Shown: piece by piece, positions 1 through 10,243 of the stretch
How positions within the stretch are numbered: position 1 is the stretch's first letter
How the letters are laid out: every line of letters begins with the position of its first letter
Source: an uncultured Rhodothermales bacterium
GTDB taxonomy: Bacteria; Bacteroidota; Rhodothermia; Rhodothermales; CAYLXM01
Length of the DNA: 46,790 nt
Direction of reading: 5' to 3'
Assembly (NCBI GenBank): GCA_964539455.1
Contig: CAZIIP010000001.1
Location: 104,521-151,310 of the forward strand
Position numbers and translations under genes: made by a program
The notes under the pieces: model-generated
The model's input: the letters and a program-made list of their open reading frames with translations, nothing else
What the model was told of the DNA's origin: nothing
Database searches by the model: none

Positions 1-228
1 TAACCAGGCCGCCCTGCCTCTGCGGGGATCACATACCGCGATGGTGATTCTTTTCTGCCCTGTAACGAAATCCCGATTCGCGGCGTCTTATTTATGAAAC
101 CGGGTGAGAAGGGGTTTTGTGATGCAGGCCGGTTTCATCGTGATGATGGACGTGATGAGGAGGGCATTCGAGGTTTCGCGCCGATGAATGCTCTGTGTTG
201 TGGAACATGCGGAGGAAGAGGGAAGAAG

Positions 229-263
229 CAGGGCGTTCGGTGTTACCGGCGCCCTGTTTTTTT
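229..263 (+). terminator. Rho-independent terminator candidate (possibly serving both convergent transcripts)
   Basis: Stem CAGGGCG (229-235) pairs with CGCCCTG (250-256) around a 14-nt loop, followed directly by T7 (257-263). It lies just outside the stop of the minus-strand phosphoesterase gene (290). Confidence 0.6.
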
Positions 264-289
264 CCCGCATACGGTAATTTGCCGTTGTG

Positions 290-1711
290 TCACGGGGTTG
301 TTTCGGAGTGCCGGCGTTCGGGCTCTCCAGGATCAACGAGGGAGACGAAGTCGTTCGGGCCGCTCTCCGACTTAACCAGTTTGAACGCGTCATACAATTC
401 GCCCGTGACCGTTCGCGCCTCAAACCACAACGTGTCGGCCGCGATATCGATCACCTGAAACAACTGGGTGTTTTCTGCAGCGCGTTCCATTTCGGCGCCA
501 TACCCATCCCAGCGGTCTTCCTTGATTTCATACATCTTCGGTCCACTTACCGAATTGACGTAAACCGTACCCGAGACCGGACTGCGCACATTGCTGCCGG
601 TAGGCACATTCAGTACACGTCCGCGTGCATAGGTATGATCGTGGCCCTGAAACACAAGATCGACCTGATGCTTCTCGATGACCGGTCTCCAATGCTTTCG
701 CAGCTCCGGATTGTCCCTGCCTCCTGACGAGGAAAATACCGGATGGTGGAAGGTGGCAATGGTCCACGTGTTCGGATTGTCGGAAAGCACATTGTCGAGC
801 CATGCGGTCTGCTCTTCGATCATTGTATTCGAATTGAGCCCGACGATCCGGAGGCCCTGATAATCGATGAAGTAGTTCGTCTCTTTTAGTCCGGCAAGGC
901 CGTTTTCCGGCAACGTGAACTGCGGACGCCAGAGCGCGGAAAGACGACGTTCCTGATTCATTGCGCCATAGCCGCCATATTCGTGATTGCCCGGTACCGG
1001 TATGGAGGGAATCATCCCGAACAGCCAGTTACCCGCTTCAAACCATTCGCCCCACTCCGTATTCCGGTGCGCCCTGTTGACTAGATCGCCGGCATGAATC
1101 ATGAACCTGGCGTCGGAAGCTTGGGTAAATGCGGCACGTATACTTCGTGACCAAAGATTGTGGAGATCGTTTTGTGCATCCCCGAAGTAGATGAATGAAA
1201 AGGGATTCGGTTCGCGATCAGCCGTTCGCGCATGAAACCATTCCGACCACAACTCGCCGTCCCCTACCCGGTATGCGTACAGCGTACCGGGGCGCAGTCC
1301 TTTAAAGGTGACCGAATGGAAGTGTGCACGGACGTATTCTCCATCGACTTTACTAAGATCCACATGTTGCACGAGGGCTTTTACCGTATCGGCCCGGTCG
1401 GCCAGGTTCGGTGAAGCTTCGGCCCTGGTAACCATGGCAAATGCCTGGGCAACGGTCGTGTCGGTGCGCCACGTAACTGAGAGTGTCGTCGCAGGATCAT
1501 CACTCCATGTAAGTGCAATACGATCCGGCCTCCTGCCCGGCTCATCCCAGGGTTCAACAAACTCGGGCATGTCCTGATCGGGCTTTTCCAGCCACGCCAG
1601 TGCACCTTTCGACAGTGCGGCTGTCGCTATTCCGGAATCCGCCTTGCGTAGCCCGATCCATGCAACGAGAGCAAGAAGTAAAACAACGGGAACGATTTTT
1701 AAATATGTCAT
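290..1711 (-). CDS. Calcineurin-like metallophosphoesterase (purple-acid-phosphatase-like) with N-terminal membrane anchor/signal
   Basis: Metallophosphoesterase motifs GDAQND, GDLVNRAH, GNHEY and GHDHTYAR. The start is moved from 1885 to the internal ATG at 1711 (MTYLKIVPVVLLLALVAWIGL, a hydrophobic N-terminus). Confidence 0.8.
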   Translation of the reverse strand: MTYLKIVPVVLLLALVAWIGLRKADSGIATAALSKGALAWLEKPDQDMPEFVEPWDEPGRRPDRIALTWSDDPATTLSVTWRTDTTVAQAFAMVTRAEASPNLADRADTVKALVQHVDLSKVDGEYVRAHFHSVTFKGLRPGTLYAYRVGDGELWSEWFHARTADREPNPFSFIYFGDAQNDLHNLWSRSIRAAFTQASDARFMIHAGDLVNRAHRNTEWGEWFEAGNWLFGMIPSIPVPGNHEYGGYGAMNQERRLSALWRPQFTLPENGLAGLKETNYFIDYQGLRIVGLNSNTMIEEQTAWLDNVLSDNPNTWTIATFHHPVFSSSGGRDNPELRKHWRPVIEKHQVDLVFQGHDHTYARGRVLNVPTGSNVRSPVSGTVYVNSVSGPKMYEIKEDRWDGYGAEMERAAENTQLFQVIDIAADTLWFEARTVTGELYDAFKLVKSESGPNDFVSLVDPGEPERRHSETTP

Positions 1712-1883
1712 CGACAATTTGCGCCTGTTTGTCCATAGCTGCTCTTTGAAGCAGCTCCGGTCGGTCCGGTTCCACCTGTATTTATGAGTTAATAATCTCG
1801 CAACACCGGTGAAAGGTCTGACCGTGCTACTCGACTGGAACAATGACGTAATGCCTACCACGAAAAACTCTGTGATCCCTTGC

Positions 1884-1919
1884 AAAAAAGCCCGATCCCG
1901 TATTATTGCGGGATCGGGC
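1884..1919 (-). terminator. Strong Rho-independent terminator (minus strand)
   Basis: Perfect 11-bp stem GCCCGATCCCG (1890-1900) / CGGGATCGGGC (1909-1919) with an 8-nt loop. The A6 on the plus strand (1884-1889) is a T-tract on the minus strand. It lies 256 nt downstream of the uvrB stop. Confidence 0.7.
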
Positions 1920-2175
1920 CTGAGCCGAGAAAGAAGTGTCCTTCAGAGAAGTGTGATGTGAACAACACCAGGTCCGGTAGCAATGATACGCCGCTGCAGG
2001 ACCACCCTGCATCAAGGTAGTGTAGCCACGATGTAACGATGTTGTGACGAAAGGAAGCCGAGGCATGAAAGCGCCGCCTGAAAAATATGCAATGAAAAAA
2101 CCGGAGCAGATCGCATGACCCGCCGGCATGCCGACGTTTCAGCCGGGAACAATTACGGCGTTTCTTCCCGGCAAA

Positions 2176-4242
2176 TTACTCCTCGCCATCCAGCATGCCT
2201 TCGATTTCGTCGATCCGATCCCTGATAGAGGCCGCCTCCTCGAAGCGAAGTCCCTCGGCAGCCGCCAGCATTTCTTTGGTCAGCCGGTCTTTCAAATCCC
2301 GTTTTTCTTCATCGCTTAGACGCACCAGCACCGGATCTTCAATCGCCGCCTGATCGAAAGGCATATCCGCGCGAATGGGCCGCACCTCGTAGGCCTCCCT
2401 CTCGTCCGCCACCACAGTAGTCTGCCTTACTTCTTCGATCGATTTCCTGACGGTTTGCGGCGTAATCCCATGTTTTTCGTTGTACTCAGTCTGCATGGCG
2501 CGCCGGCGTTCGGTTTCGTCGATCAGCACCTGCATGGCATGTGTCACGTGATCCGCATAAAGGATGACGAGACCTCCCACATTTCGCGCCGCCCTTCCTG
2601 CCGTTTGAATCAGCGAGCGGTCGCTGCGCAGAAAGCCTTCTTTATCCGCGTCGATGATCGCGACAAGCGAAACTTCGGGCAGGTCGAGGCCCTCACGAAG
2701 GAGGTTGATACCGACCAATACGTCGAAGGCGCCGGTCCGGAGCTCCCGTAGGATTTCGACCCTTTCCAGCGCGTCGATCTCGGAGTGCAGGTACCGAACG
2801 CGGATGTCGAAGGTGCTCAAATAGGCGGCCAGTTCCTCCGCCATGCGTTTGGTGAGCACCGTCACCAGAACTCTTTCCGACTTTTCGATTCTTTTCTGAA
2901 TCTCCTCCAGCAGGTCGTCGATCTGGTTCTCCGACGGACGTACCTCAACTGCCGGGTCCAGCAATCCGGTCGGCCGGATGATCTGCTCTACAATGACACC
3001 CCCCGACTTGTCCAATTCATAATCTGCCGGCGTTGCGCTCACGTAGACCACCTGCGAATACTTCTCCTCGAACTCGGAGAACTTCAATGGCCGGTTGTCG
3101 AGCGCAGAAGGTAGTCGGAAACCGTGCTCGACAAGTTTTAGTTTTCTGGAACGGTCACCGTTGTACATGGCGCCGACCTGAGAGACGGAAATATGGCTTT
3201 CGTCCATGATCAGCAGAAAGTCGTCCGGGAAGTAGTCGATCAGACAAAACGGCGGTTCTCCCGGGTTTCGGCCGGTCAGATGCCGGGAATAGTTTTCAAT
3301 ACCGGAACAATAACCGACTTCCCGTATCATCTCGAGATCGAAACGGGTGCGTTGCTCCAGACGCTGGGCTTCCAGAAGCCGGCCGTCTTCCCGCAATACC
3401 GCAAGCCGCCAGTTCAATTCCTCCCTGATGGTCTCCAGCGCCCGATCGATTTGCGCCTGGGGGGTTACAAAAATTTTCGCCGGGTAAATGGTGATGAAAT
3501 CCTCCGTCCCCAGCGTCTCGCCCGAAACCGGGTGTATGCGGGTAATCTTTTCGACCTCGTCGCCCCAGAACGTCACACGGTACGCCTCCTCTTCGAAGTA
3601 GGCCGGGAATATGTCCACCACGTCTCCCCGCACGCGCACCGATCCTGGTTTGAAGTCGACATCGTTGCGCTCGTAGAAAATGCCGAGCAACTCTAGTAAC
3701 AGGTCGTTGCGCCGGATGGTGTCGCCGGCTTTTATCTGGCAGATTTGCGAGCGAAACTCTTCCGGCGAGCCAATCCCGTAGATGCATGAGACACTCGCCA
3801 CGATCACCACGTCGCGCACGCCGGAAACCAGCGCACTGGTTGCCCGCAAGCGCATGCGATCGATCTCGTCATTGATAGAGAGGTCCTTTTCGATGTAGGT
3901 GTCCGTCTGCGGGATGTACGCTTCCGGCTGGTAGTAGTCGTAGTACGAAATGAAGAACTCGACGTGGTTTCGGGGAAAGAACTGCTTGAACTCCCCGAAG
4001 AGCTGGGCTGCCAAGGTCTTGTTAGGGCTCATGATGAGCGTCGGCCGGTTTACGTTGGCTATCGTGTTGGCCATCGTGAACGTCTTGCCGGAGCCCGTAA
4101 CCCCCAACAGGGTCTGATGGCGGTCTCCCCGCAACAGCCCTTCGGTTAATTCCTCGATCGCCCGTGGTTGATCACCGGTTGGTTTGAAGTGGGAAGCGAT
4201 CTCGAACCGCCTCTTTTGAGACGCCCTGTGTGAAAACTCCAT
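2176..4242 (-). CDS. uvrB: Excinuclease ABC subunit B
   Basis: 688 aa. N-terminal [11 protein letters not shown], Walker [13 protein letters not shown] box, helicase C domain, and a C-terminal UVR motif ([15 protein letters not shown]). Confidence 0.97.
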   Translation of the reverse strand: MEFSHRASQKRRFEIASHFKPTGDQPRAIEELTEGLLRGDRHQTLLGVTGSGKTFTMANTIANVNRPTLIMSPNKTLAAQLFGEFKQFFPRNHVEFFISYYDYYQPEAYIPQTDTYIEKDLSINDEIDRMRLRATSALVSGVRDVVIVASVSCIYGIGSPEEFRSQICQIKAGDTIRRNDLLLELLGIFYERNDVDFKPGSVRVRGDVVDIFPAYFEEEAYRVTFWGDEVEKITRIHPVSGETLGTEDFITIYPAKIFVTPQAQIDRALETIREELNWRLAVLREDGRLLEAQRLEQRTRFDLEMIREVGYCSGIENYSRHLTGRNPGEPPFCLIDYFPDDFLLIMDESHISVSQVGAMYNGDRSRKLKLVEHGFRLPSALDNRPLKFSEFEEKYSQVVYVSATPADYELDKSGGVIVEQIIRPTGLLDPAVEVRPSENQIDDLLEEIQKRIEKSERVLVTVLTKRMAEELAAYLSTFDIRVRYLHSEIDALERVEILRELRTGAFDVLVGINLLREGLDLPEVSLVAIIDADKEGFLRSDRSLIQTAGRAARNVGGLVILYADHVTHAMQVLIDETERRRAMQTEYNEKHGITPQTVRKSIEEVRQTTVVADEREAYEVRPIRADMPFDQAAIEDPVLVRLSDEEKRDLKDRLTKEMLAAAEGLRFEEAASIRDRIDEIEGMLDGEE

Positions 4243-4490
4243 CTCGTCGGTTTGCGTGCGTGCAGCGGTCTAACGAAAGCCCGGAAGCGTTGGTTGCGAC
4301 AGCTTTACCGGCAGGGACTCTTCCGCCCGGATGTCCGACGTATCCGCTCCCCCGTCTCCTCTACCGGTAAGCGAGCGGCCACGAATGATACAAGCGCCGA
4401 GAATCCACCTGGTATAGTGGGCTACTCAATCGAGGCATCTTCACGAATGAGTATCCACTCTTGTCCCCTCCCGGAGGTAGGCGGCACGTA

Positions 4491-4532
4491 GGATTGAAAA
4501 CCGGCTGTCGGCCTACCTCGGGGCCCTGCCGG
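4491..4532 (-). terminator. Weak compound hairpin downstream of parC
   Basis: CCGGC (4501-4505) pairs with GCCGG (4528-4532), with an inner GGCC/GGCC pairing. On the minus strand it is followed by TTTTC. An alternative 9-bp stem, GAGGTAGGC (4474-4482) / GCCTACCTC (4511-4519), overlaps it. Confidence 0.3.
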
Positions 4533-4583
4533 CGCTTCCGCAAGCAAAAAAGGGAGTCGAAAAACCGGTGGCAGAATCCACGG

Positions 4584-6917
4584 TCAATCCCCGTTGATGC
4601 GTACCTCGACCGGATGGAGCATGACCCGTTTTAGCGAACCCCGCTGGATGATGAGCCGGCCCTTGTTGCCGCGATTGGACGCCTCGAACTTTGTCGTACG
4701 GACGATTTCCGTGCGGCCACGGGTCGTTTCGACTTCCAGACCTTGACGGGCGGCACCGGACAATGTGAAGCCGATTAACCGGTCGGCCTTGTCCAGACGC
4801 ATGGCAATCACTCCTTTTCCGCTGCCTTTGAAGACGGGAATCTGTGAAACCGGGAATATGAGAGCCCTGCCCTCCCACGAGGCCAGACAGACATTTTCCG
4901 ATCCGCCTGCCATTTCAACTCTCAGGACTTCATCTCCCTTTGCGAGATTCATGTAAATGCGACCCGTGCGCTTCGACGGCTCTTCATAGGTCTCGAGCTG
5001 AAACCTGATCGCATTCCCTCTTCGAGACACCGCAGCACCGTAAGGTCCTTCCGGTACGTCGTCATTTTCGCCAAAGAGTTCCGGCTCGGGATCATCCTCC
5101 AGGACAGGTTTCGGCAGCGCGCGCTCGTCGAACGTAACCACCCCGACCACGCTTTCCTTGTCACGAAAGTCGAACAATTTCTGGACGGGTACACCGTGGC
5201 CGGTGGTGCTCGACAGCTCGTCAATCCGGATCGTGTAGCAACGACCGAAATTCGTGAAGACTCCGACGGATGAGGCTGTGGAGCCGCCAAGCACCCACCC
5301 GATTTCGTCCCCTTCCCGTACCCGTATAGATTGCAGATCGCTATAGGTCCGCTGGCGCTTGATCCATCCGTCACGCGAGACCATCACGTACACGTCCTCC
5401 CGAATGATGTAGTCCTCTGCCGTGTATTCGTGGTCTTCATCGGGTCCTGCAATAGCACTCCGCCGCTCGTCAGCTTCCGCTTTGCGGACTTCCTCCAGGT
5501 CGCTGCGCACGAGTTTCCACCGGGCTTCTTTTCCCTTCAGCAACTTTCTAATCTCGTTTGCGCGCTCTTCCTTCTGTGCCAACTCTTTGCGGATGTCATC
5601 GATCTCGAGGTGCGATAGTCTGTACAATTTGGTTTCAAGCACCGCATCGGCCTGAAGGTGGTCCAGCTCAAATCGGTGCATGAGCCGCTGGGCGGCGTCC
5701 GTCTTGTCCTGTGAGGCACGGATGATCTTGATGGCTTCGTCGAGGCCGTCGAAAACGATCGCAAAACCACGGAGGATGTGAATGCGCTTTTCGAGTTGTT
5801 CGAGTTCGTGCTCCAGACGCCGGGTGACGACTTCAAATCGGAACTGCAGAAATGCCTGAAGTGCCTGCCTCAGATCCACCTTTTCAGGTACGGCGACGTC
5901 AGGTCGATCGGTAGGTACCAGCGTCGTCATATTGACATGAAAACGCATCCGGAGGGGCGTGCGCTTGAACAGGTACGCCATGGCTTTTTCCGGATCTGTG
6001 CCCCGCTTCATCTCCAGTACGACCCGAATCTCCTCCGTCGACTCGTCCCGCACGTCCAGCAACTGCGGTATCCGCTCGGACCTGATCTCGTCGGCGATCT
6101 TTTCGATCAGGTCGCTTTTGTTGATTCCGTGCGGAATGGAGTGGATGATAATGCCCCTCTTTCCACTGTCCAATCGTCCCAAACGGTATTCCCCGCGCAT
6201 AATCACCGGGCCCTCGCCGTTTTCATAAATCTGGAGCAACTCTTCCGGCGTGTTGAGAATGCGGGCGCCGGTCGGGAAGTCGGGACCCTTCACGTGTTGC
6301 ATCAGATCGGCGACGCTCGTGCCGGGATTGTCGATCAACTCCAGACACGCATCGGTTACTTCACCGAGATTGTGCGGCGGGATATTTGTGGCCATTCCTA
6401 CGGCGATTCCGGTAGCGCCATTGACGAGCAAATTGGGGATCTGCGCCGGTAGGACGATCGGCTCGTCGAAACTGCCGTCGAAATTGGGCCGAAAATCGAC
6501 CGTTTCCTGGCGGATTTCCGTTAGGAACCGCACGGCCAGTGCCTGCAACTTGGCTTCCGTATACCGCATGGCAGCGGGCGGATCGCCGTCGATCGATCCG
6601 AAGTTGCCATGCCCGTCGATCAGCGGATAACGAAGCGAGAAATCCTGCGCCATTCGCACCATGGCGTCATAGATCGCCGAATCGCCATGCGGATGGTACT
6701 TCCCCATCACTTCTCCCACCACGCTGGCACTTTTTCGGTACCGGCCATCCGGCGTCAGCCGCAAGTTGGCGAACATGGCATACAGGATCCGGCGCTGCAC
6801 GGGTTTGAGGCCGTCGCGAATATCCGGAAGTGCGCGCGAAGAAATGACGGAAAGCGCATAGTTGAGGTACCGCGAACGGGTGACGTCGTTGAGGGATACG
6901 GCGTCGATAATCGGCAT
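4584..6917 (-). CDS. parC: DNA topoisomerase IV subunit A (GyrA/ParC family)
   Basis: 777 aa. Type IIA breakage-reunion domain ([31 protein letters not shown]). I saw no GyrA-box (QxRGGxG) in the C-terminal domain, whereas the 851-aa paralog at 19727 has AQGRGGRG. Confidence 0.85.
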   Translation of the reverse strand: MPIIDAVSLNDVTRSRYLNYALSVISSRALPDIRDGLKPVQRRILYAMFANLRLTPDGRYRKSASVVGEVMGKYHPHGDSAIYDAMVRMAQDFSLRYPLIDGHGNFGSIDGDPPAAMRYTEAKLQALAVRFLTEIRQETVDFRPNFDGSFDEPIVLPAQIPNLLVNGATGIAVGMATNIPPHNLGEVTDACLELIDNPGTSVADLMQHVKGPDFPTGARILNTPEELLQIYENGEGPVIMRGEYRLGRLDSGKRGIIIHSIPHGINKSDLIEKIADEIRSERIPQLLDVRDESTEEIRVVLEMKRGTDPEKAMAYLFKRTPLRMRFHVNMTTLVPTDRPDVAVPEKVDLRQALQAFLQFRFEVVTRRLEHELEQLEKRIHILRGFAIVFDGLDEAIKIIRASQDKTDAAQRLMHRFELDHLQADAVLETKLYRLSHLEIDDIRKELAQKEERANEIRKLLKGKEARWKLVRSDLEEVRKAEADERRSAIAGPDEDHEYTAEDYIIREDVYVMVSRDGWIKRQRTYSDLQSIRVREGDEIGWVLGGSTASSVGVFTNFGRCYTIRIDELSSTTGHGVPVQKLFDFRDKESVVGVVTFDERALPKPVLEDDPEPELFGENDDVPEGPYGAAVSRRGNAIRFQLETYEEPSKRTGRIYMNLAKGDEVLRVEMAGGSENVCLASWEGRALIFPVSQIPVFKGSGKGVIAMRLDKADRLIGFTLSGAARQGLEVETTRGRTEIVRTTKFEASNRGNKGRLIIQRGSLKRVMLHPVEVRINGD

Positions 6918-7204
6918 GGAGGTCCTGGTGACGTGACTATTCTAGATCCGTGCCCAAGATAACACCATCATGGGTGTAGTGGTATGGCGGTATGAACGTT
7001 TGGAAGTTCCCGCCCCATCGAAATCTGTGGGGAGAAAGGAGGCAAGGTGATCGCCCGATCGTTCGACACGGGACCCGGTTCCAGGTATTGTGTCATCAAG
7101 GATCCGGCAGGCGCGGTTGCGGCTTTATTTGAAGAGGCGTAACGGCAGATACTCCCTCAAGGGGACGAGCCAAGCGGTCGGCTGTGGCGTGAATGAAAGC
7201 TTTA

Positions 7205-7858
7205 TTAAACAAGGGATGACGGACAGAGTGCCGCAAGGACGCATTTATGGCATTGGGGCCGTCGGGCTATGCATACCTGTCGGCCGTGAAAGATGAACAG
7301 ATGGGACAGCATCGTCCATTGATCCTTCTCATACAGCGCCATCAGATCCTGTTCGATTTTGTTCGGGTTCTTCTGGCGCGTAAGCTTCAGCAGGGTAGAC
7401 AGACGCTTGACATGGGTGTCAACCACTACCCCCTCGTCGATACCGAAAGCACTGCCAAGTACCACATTGGCGGTTTTCCTTCCCACACCGGGAAGCTTCA
7501 CCAGCTTGTCCATCTCGGCGGGAATCTCGCCGCCGTGCTCGTCGACCACTGCCCTGGCCATTCCGATTAGATTGGCGGCCTTGTTTCGAAAGAAGCCCGT
7601 ACTCCTGATGATCTCCTCCAGCGTATCCTGCTCGGCCTCGGCAAGCGCGGCCGGATCCGGATAGCGGGCAAAAACCTCCGGGGTGACCACATTTACACGC
7701 GCGTCCGTGCATTGCGCCGATAGAATGGTGGCCACTATCAACTGGTATGCGTCACGGTGTTCCAGCGCACACGCTGCCAACGGGTATACCTCTAGCAGGC
7801 GTTCGAAGATCTCGGCGGCGCGCGTCTTCTTCTGTTTGGTTGGACGTGGCTTTCGCAT
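7205..7858 (-). CDS. nth: Endonuclease III (DNA glycosylase/AP lyase)
   Basis: HhH-GPD fold with LPGVGRKTANVVL and a C-terminal [4Fe-4S] motif CIARRPQCHKCVLAALC. The start is uncertain: ATGs at 7918, 7900 and 7858. I chose MRKPRPTKQKK at 7858. Confidence 0.9.
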   Translation of the reverse strand: MRKPRPTKQKKTRAAEIFERLLEVYPLAACALEHRDAYQLIVATILSAQCTDARVNVVTPEVFARYPDPAALAEAEQDTLEEIIRSTGFFRNKAANLIGMARAVVDEHGGEIPAEMDKLVKLPGVGRKTANVVLGSAFGIDEGVVVDTHVKRLSTLLKLTRQKNPNKIEQDLMALYEKDQWTMLSHLFIFHGRQVCIARRPQCHKCVLAALCPSSLV

Positions 7859-8077
7859 GCGAGGGTCCGTTTTTGTTCGCTGTGCGGCGCAGACCGGCAT
7901 CCTGCCGGTTTGGCCCACATGTTAACTCCTCCGACGGTTTTTCGCTTCCGTGACGGTGTGGCGTTGGTGCACGCCGTTTGTAAGCGGCCGTTTCGATGTC
8001 TAGATTTCGATTTCATGGACTCCTGTTACCGCCATCCTGCCGCTTTTCAATCGACCGGACAACAAGAACCCGACACC

Positions 8078-9949
8078 ATGCGCACACCAACCGTCTCTGT
8101 CCTTTTTCTGACACTCCTGCTTTCGGCCTGTCAACCGACCTCAGAACTCCCGCCTCCCAATATTCTCTGGATTACGAGTGAAGACAACGGTCCGGAGCTT
8201 GGGGTCTACAGCGACACGTACGCGGATACCCCCAACCTGGACGCGCTGGCGTCCGAGGGGATGATCTACCGCCATGCATGGTCGAACGCACCGGTATGTG
8301 CACCGGCACGCACTACCATTATCTCGGGGATGTATCCTCCGAGCCTGGGTGCCCAGCACATGCGCAGCATGGTCCCGATGCCGGAGGGCAAGAGAATGTA
8401 TCCCGAGTACCTGCGCGAGGCGGGATACTATTGCACGAACAACCGAAAAGAAGATTACAATCTGGAGAAGCCGGAAGGTGTCTGGGATGAATCCAGCGAC
8501 ACTGCACATTGGCGAAACCGCCCTGATTCCACGCAGCCGTTTTTCGCCATTTTCAATTTTACAACGACCCACGAGAGCCAGATCAGGCAGCGTCCACACG
8601 AACCTGTACACGATCCTTCCCTGGTCTCAATTCCCGAGTATCATCCCGACCGACCGGAGGTGCGGCAGGACTGGGCGCAGTATCATGACAAGATGACCGA
8701 GATGGATGCCCAGGCCGGTGAGGTACTCAGACAGCTCGAGGAAGACGGCCTTTCCGAACATACGATCGTCTTCTACTATGGTGACCATGGACCCGGGATG
8801 CCCCGTTCGAAGCGCTGGACGTACAATTCCGGTCTGCATGTACCGCTCATCGTCTTTATCCCGGAAACGTATCGCGAATTTGCACCGGACGGCTGGCAAC
8901 AGGGAGGGGCTTCGGATCGCATGGTAGGATTTGTAGATCTGGCGCCCACGGCCTTGAGTCTCGCCGGAATCGATCCCCCCGCCTACATGCATGGTGACGC
9001 CTTCCTCGGCACGTACGCTGAAGCTCCCCGCGAATTCAACTACGGTTTCCGGGGCCGGATGGACGAGCGTTACGACATGGTACGTGCCGTGCGTGACGAG
9101 CGTTACGTTTACATGCGGAACTACAATCCGCACAAAATATACGGTCAGTACGTGGCTTATATGTTTCAGACACCTACCACGCAGGTGTGGCACGACCTGT
9201 ACGTTGCCGGCGAGCTGGAGCCTCCGAAAACCTACTTCTGGGAGGCGAAGCCTTCGGAAGAGTTCTATGATCTGCAAAACGATCCGGACGAGACGATCAA
9301 TCTTGCCGACTCGCCCGATCATGCGGAAATCATCGAACGGTTCCGCCGGGCCGAACGGGAGTGGACGGCCGGCATCCGGGATCTCGGCTTTCTGCCGGAA
9401 TATGAGATCCACGCGCGATCGAACGGCATCGCTCCGTACGACATGGGACGCGAAGATGACCGGTTTCCGGCCGAAAGGATCATGTCGGCCGCCCGCTCGG
9501 CCGGCGATATCGAAAACACCACTCCAGGGACTCTCGAAACACTGACGGAGGATGAAGACTCCGCTGTTCGTTACTGGGGTGTCCTGGGCTTCTTGATGCG
9601 AGGCGAGGAGGCAATTGCCGGTAATGCGGCTCGTCTCATGGAGATAATGGAGAAGGATCCCGCACCTGCCGTCAGGATTGCGGCGGCGGAAGCGCTCGGG
9701 AGGTTCGGTCCGGAAGGCGGGTTAGATTCAGTGCTGGAAGTCCTGTTGACGTATGCGGATGCCGAGCAACATGGTCTGTATCTGGCCATGCAGGCGCTTA
9801 ATGCTATTGACCATATGGACACGCGTGCCGCCTCCGCAAAAGATGCCGTTTCCGCCCTCCCCGACCGGGATCCGGATGCCCATGGAAGGATGGGGAACTA
9901 CGTACTGCGTCTGAAGGAGAAAATTCTGATGGACCTCGGGGGCGTGTGA
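8078..9949 (+). CDS. Sulfatase (formylglycine-dependent) lipoprotein with C-terminal HEAT-like repeats
   Basis: Lipobox LLLSAC after the internal start at 8078. Sulfatase signature SNAPVCAPARTTIISGMYP (C-x-P-x-R). The C-terminal ~150 aa contain HEAT-like repeats (AVRYWGVLGF, PAVRIAAAEALGRFG). Confidence 0.9.
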   Translation: MRTPTVSVLFLTLLLSACQPTSELPPPNILWITSEDNGPELGVYSDTYADTPNLDALASEGMIYRHAWSNAPVCAPARTTIISGMYPPSLGAQHMRSMVPMPEGKRMYPEYLREAGYYCTNNRKEDYNLEKPEGVWDESSDTAHWRNRPDSTQPFFAIFNFTTTHESQIRQRPHEPVHDPSLVSIPEYHPDRPEVRQDWAQYHDKMTEMDAQAGEVLRQLEEDGLSEHTIVFYYGDHGPGMPRSKRWTYNSGLHVPLIVFIPETYREFAPDGWQQGGASDRMVGFVDLAPTALSLAGIDPPAYMHGDAFLGTYAEAPREFNYGFRGRMDERYDMVRAVRDERYVYMRNYNPHKIYGQYVAYMFQTPTTQVWHDLYVAGELEPPKTYFWEAKPSEEFYDLQNDPDETINLADSPDHAEIIERFRRAEREWTAGIRDLGFLPEYEIHARSNGIAPYDMGREDDRFPAERIMSAARSAGDIENTTPGTLETLTEDEDSAVRYWGVLGFLMRGEEAIAGNAARLMEIMEKDPAPAVRIAAAEALGRFGPEGGLDSVLEVLLTYADAEQHGLYLAMQALNAIDHMDTRAASAKDAVSALPDRDPDAHGRMGNYVLRLKEKILMDLGGV

Positions 9950-9971
9950 TGAGGTAAAGAGAAGCTAAAAG

Positions 9972-10073
9972 TTTGTCGGACTTGAAAAATAGTCCCATTG
10001 TCTTTATTGAACTTAAGTGCAATTAGCGTCGTGGCAGATTTGTTGTAAATAAAGAACTTACGCCGCAATTCCG
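9972..10073. repeat. Intergenic 102-nt repeat, copy A
   Basis: Ungapped alignment to 30050-30151 gives 84/102 identical positions by my count, in the same orientation. The first 21 nt (TTTGTCGGACTTGAAAAATAG) are identical, and both copies share the palindromic core ACTTAAGT (10011-10018). Confidence 0.75.
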
Positions 10074-10243
10074 CCTCCCAGGGTCGTGGCATACCGCTCG
10101 TCTGTTGGCGCGTGAATGAAAATTTTGGGTTCCCTTGTGTAAGGACAGCCCCTACAGGTGTTTTCCATGCTTTGCCGTCATCCGGAAAGTAGCCTGATGG
10201 GGATCTTACACTCTATTTTTGTCACGATCAACCCAGACCCAGC

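Noticed and set aside
94-375. Small plus-strand ORFs at the left edge (94-375, 195-458)
   Set aside because: They read straight through the terminator hairpin and T-tract at 229-263 and into the phosphoesterase gene on the other strand. Their composition is not protein-like. The region 1-228 may instead be a 3' UTR of an upstream gene outside the window.
1968-1977. SRP (4.5S) RNA-like string CCAGGTCCGG downstream of uvrB
   Set aside because: It resembles part of the SRP domain IV 5' strand. However, the following conserved GGAAGGAAGCAGC/GNAR-tetraloop segment is absent (the sequence reads GGTAGCAATGA), and I could not draw a matching 3' strand.
7015-7032. Iteron-like string CCATCGAAATCTGTGGGG in the parC-nth intergenic region
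   Set aside because: It needs a 1-nt insertion and several mismatches to align with GCATAGARATGTGGGG. I consider it too weak to call by eye, and a PWM scan should decide.
9898-10092. Small protein encoded on the minus strand of the 102-nt repeat (open in both copies: ...KFFIYNKSATTLIALKFNKDNGTIFQVRQT / ...KFVIYNLSVTTVIALKCNNNSGPIFQVRQT)
   Set aside because: Of the 31 aligned codons, 10 differ at the amino-acid level for only 18 nucleotide changes, so there is no sign of purifying selection on a peptide. Copy B has no own start codon and runs into the CBM9-like signal peptide. Copy A overlaps the sulfatase 3' end.
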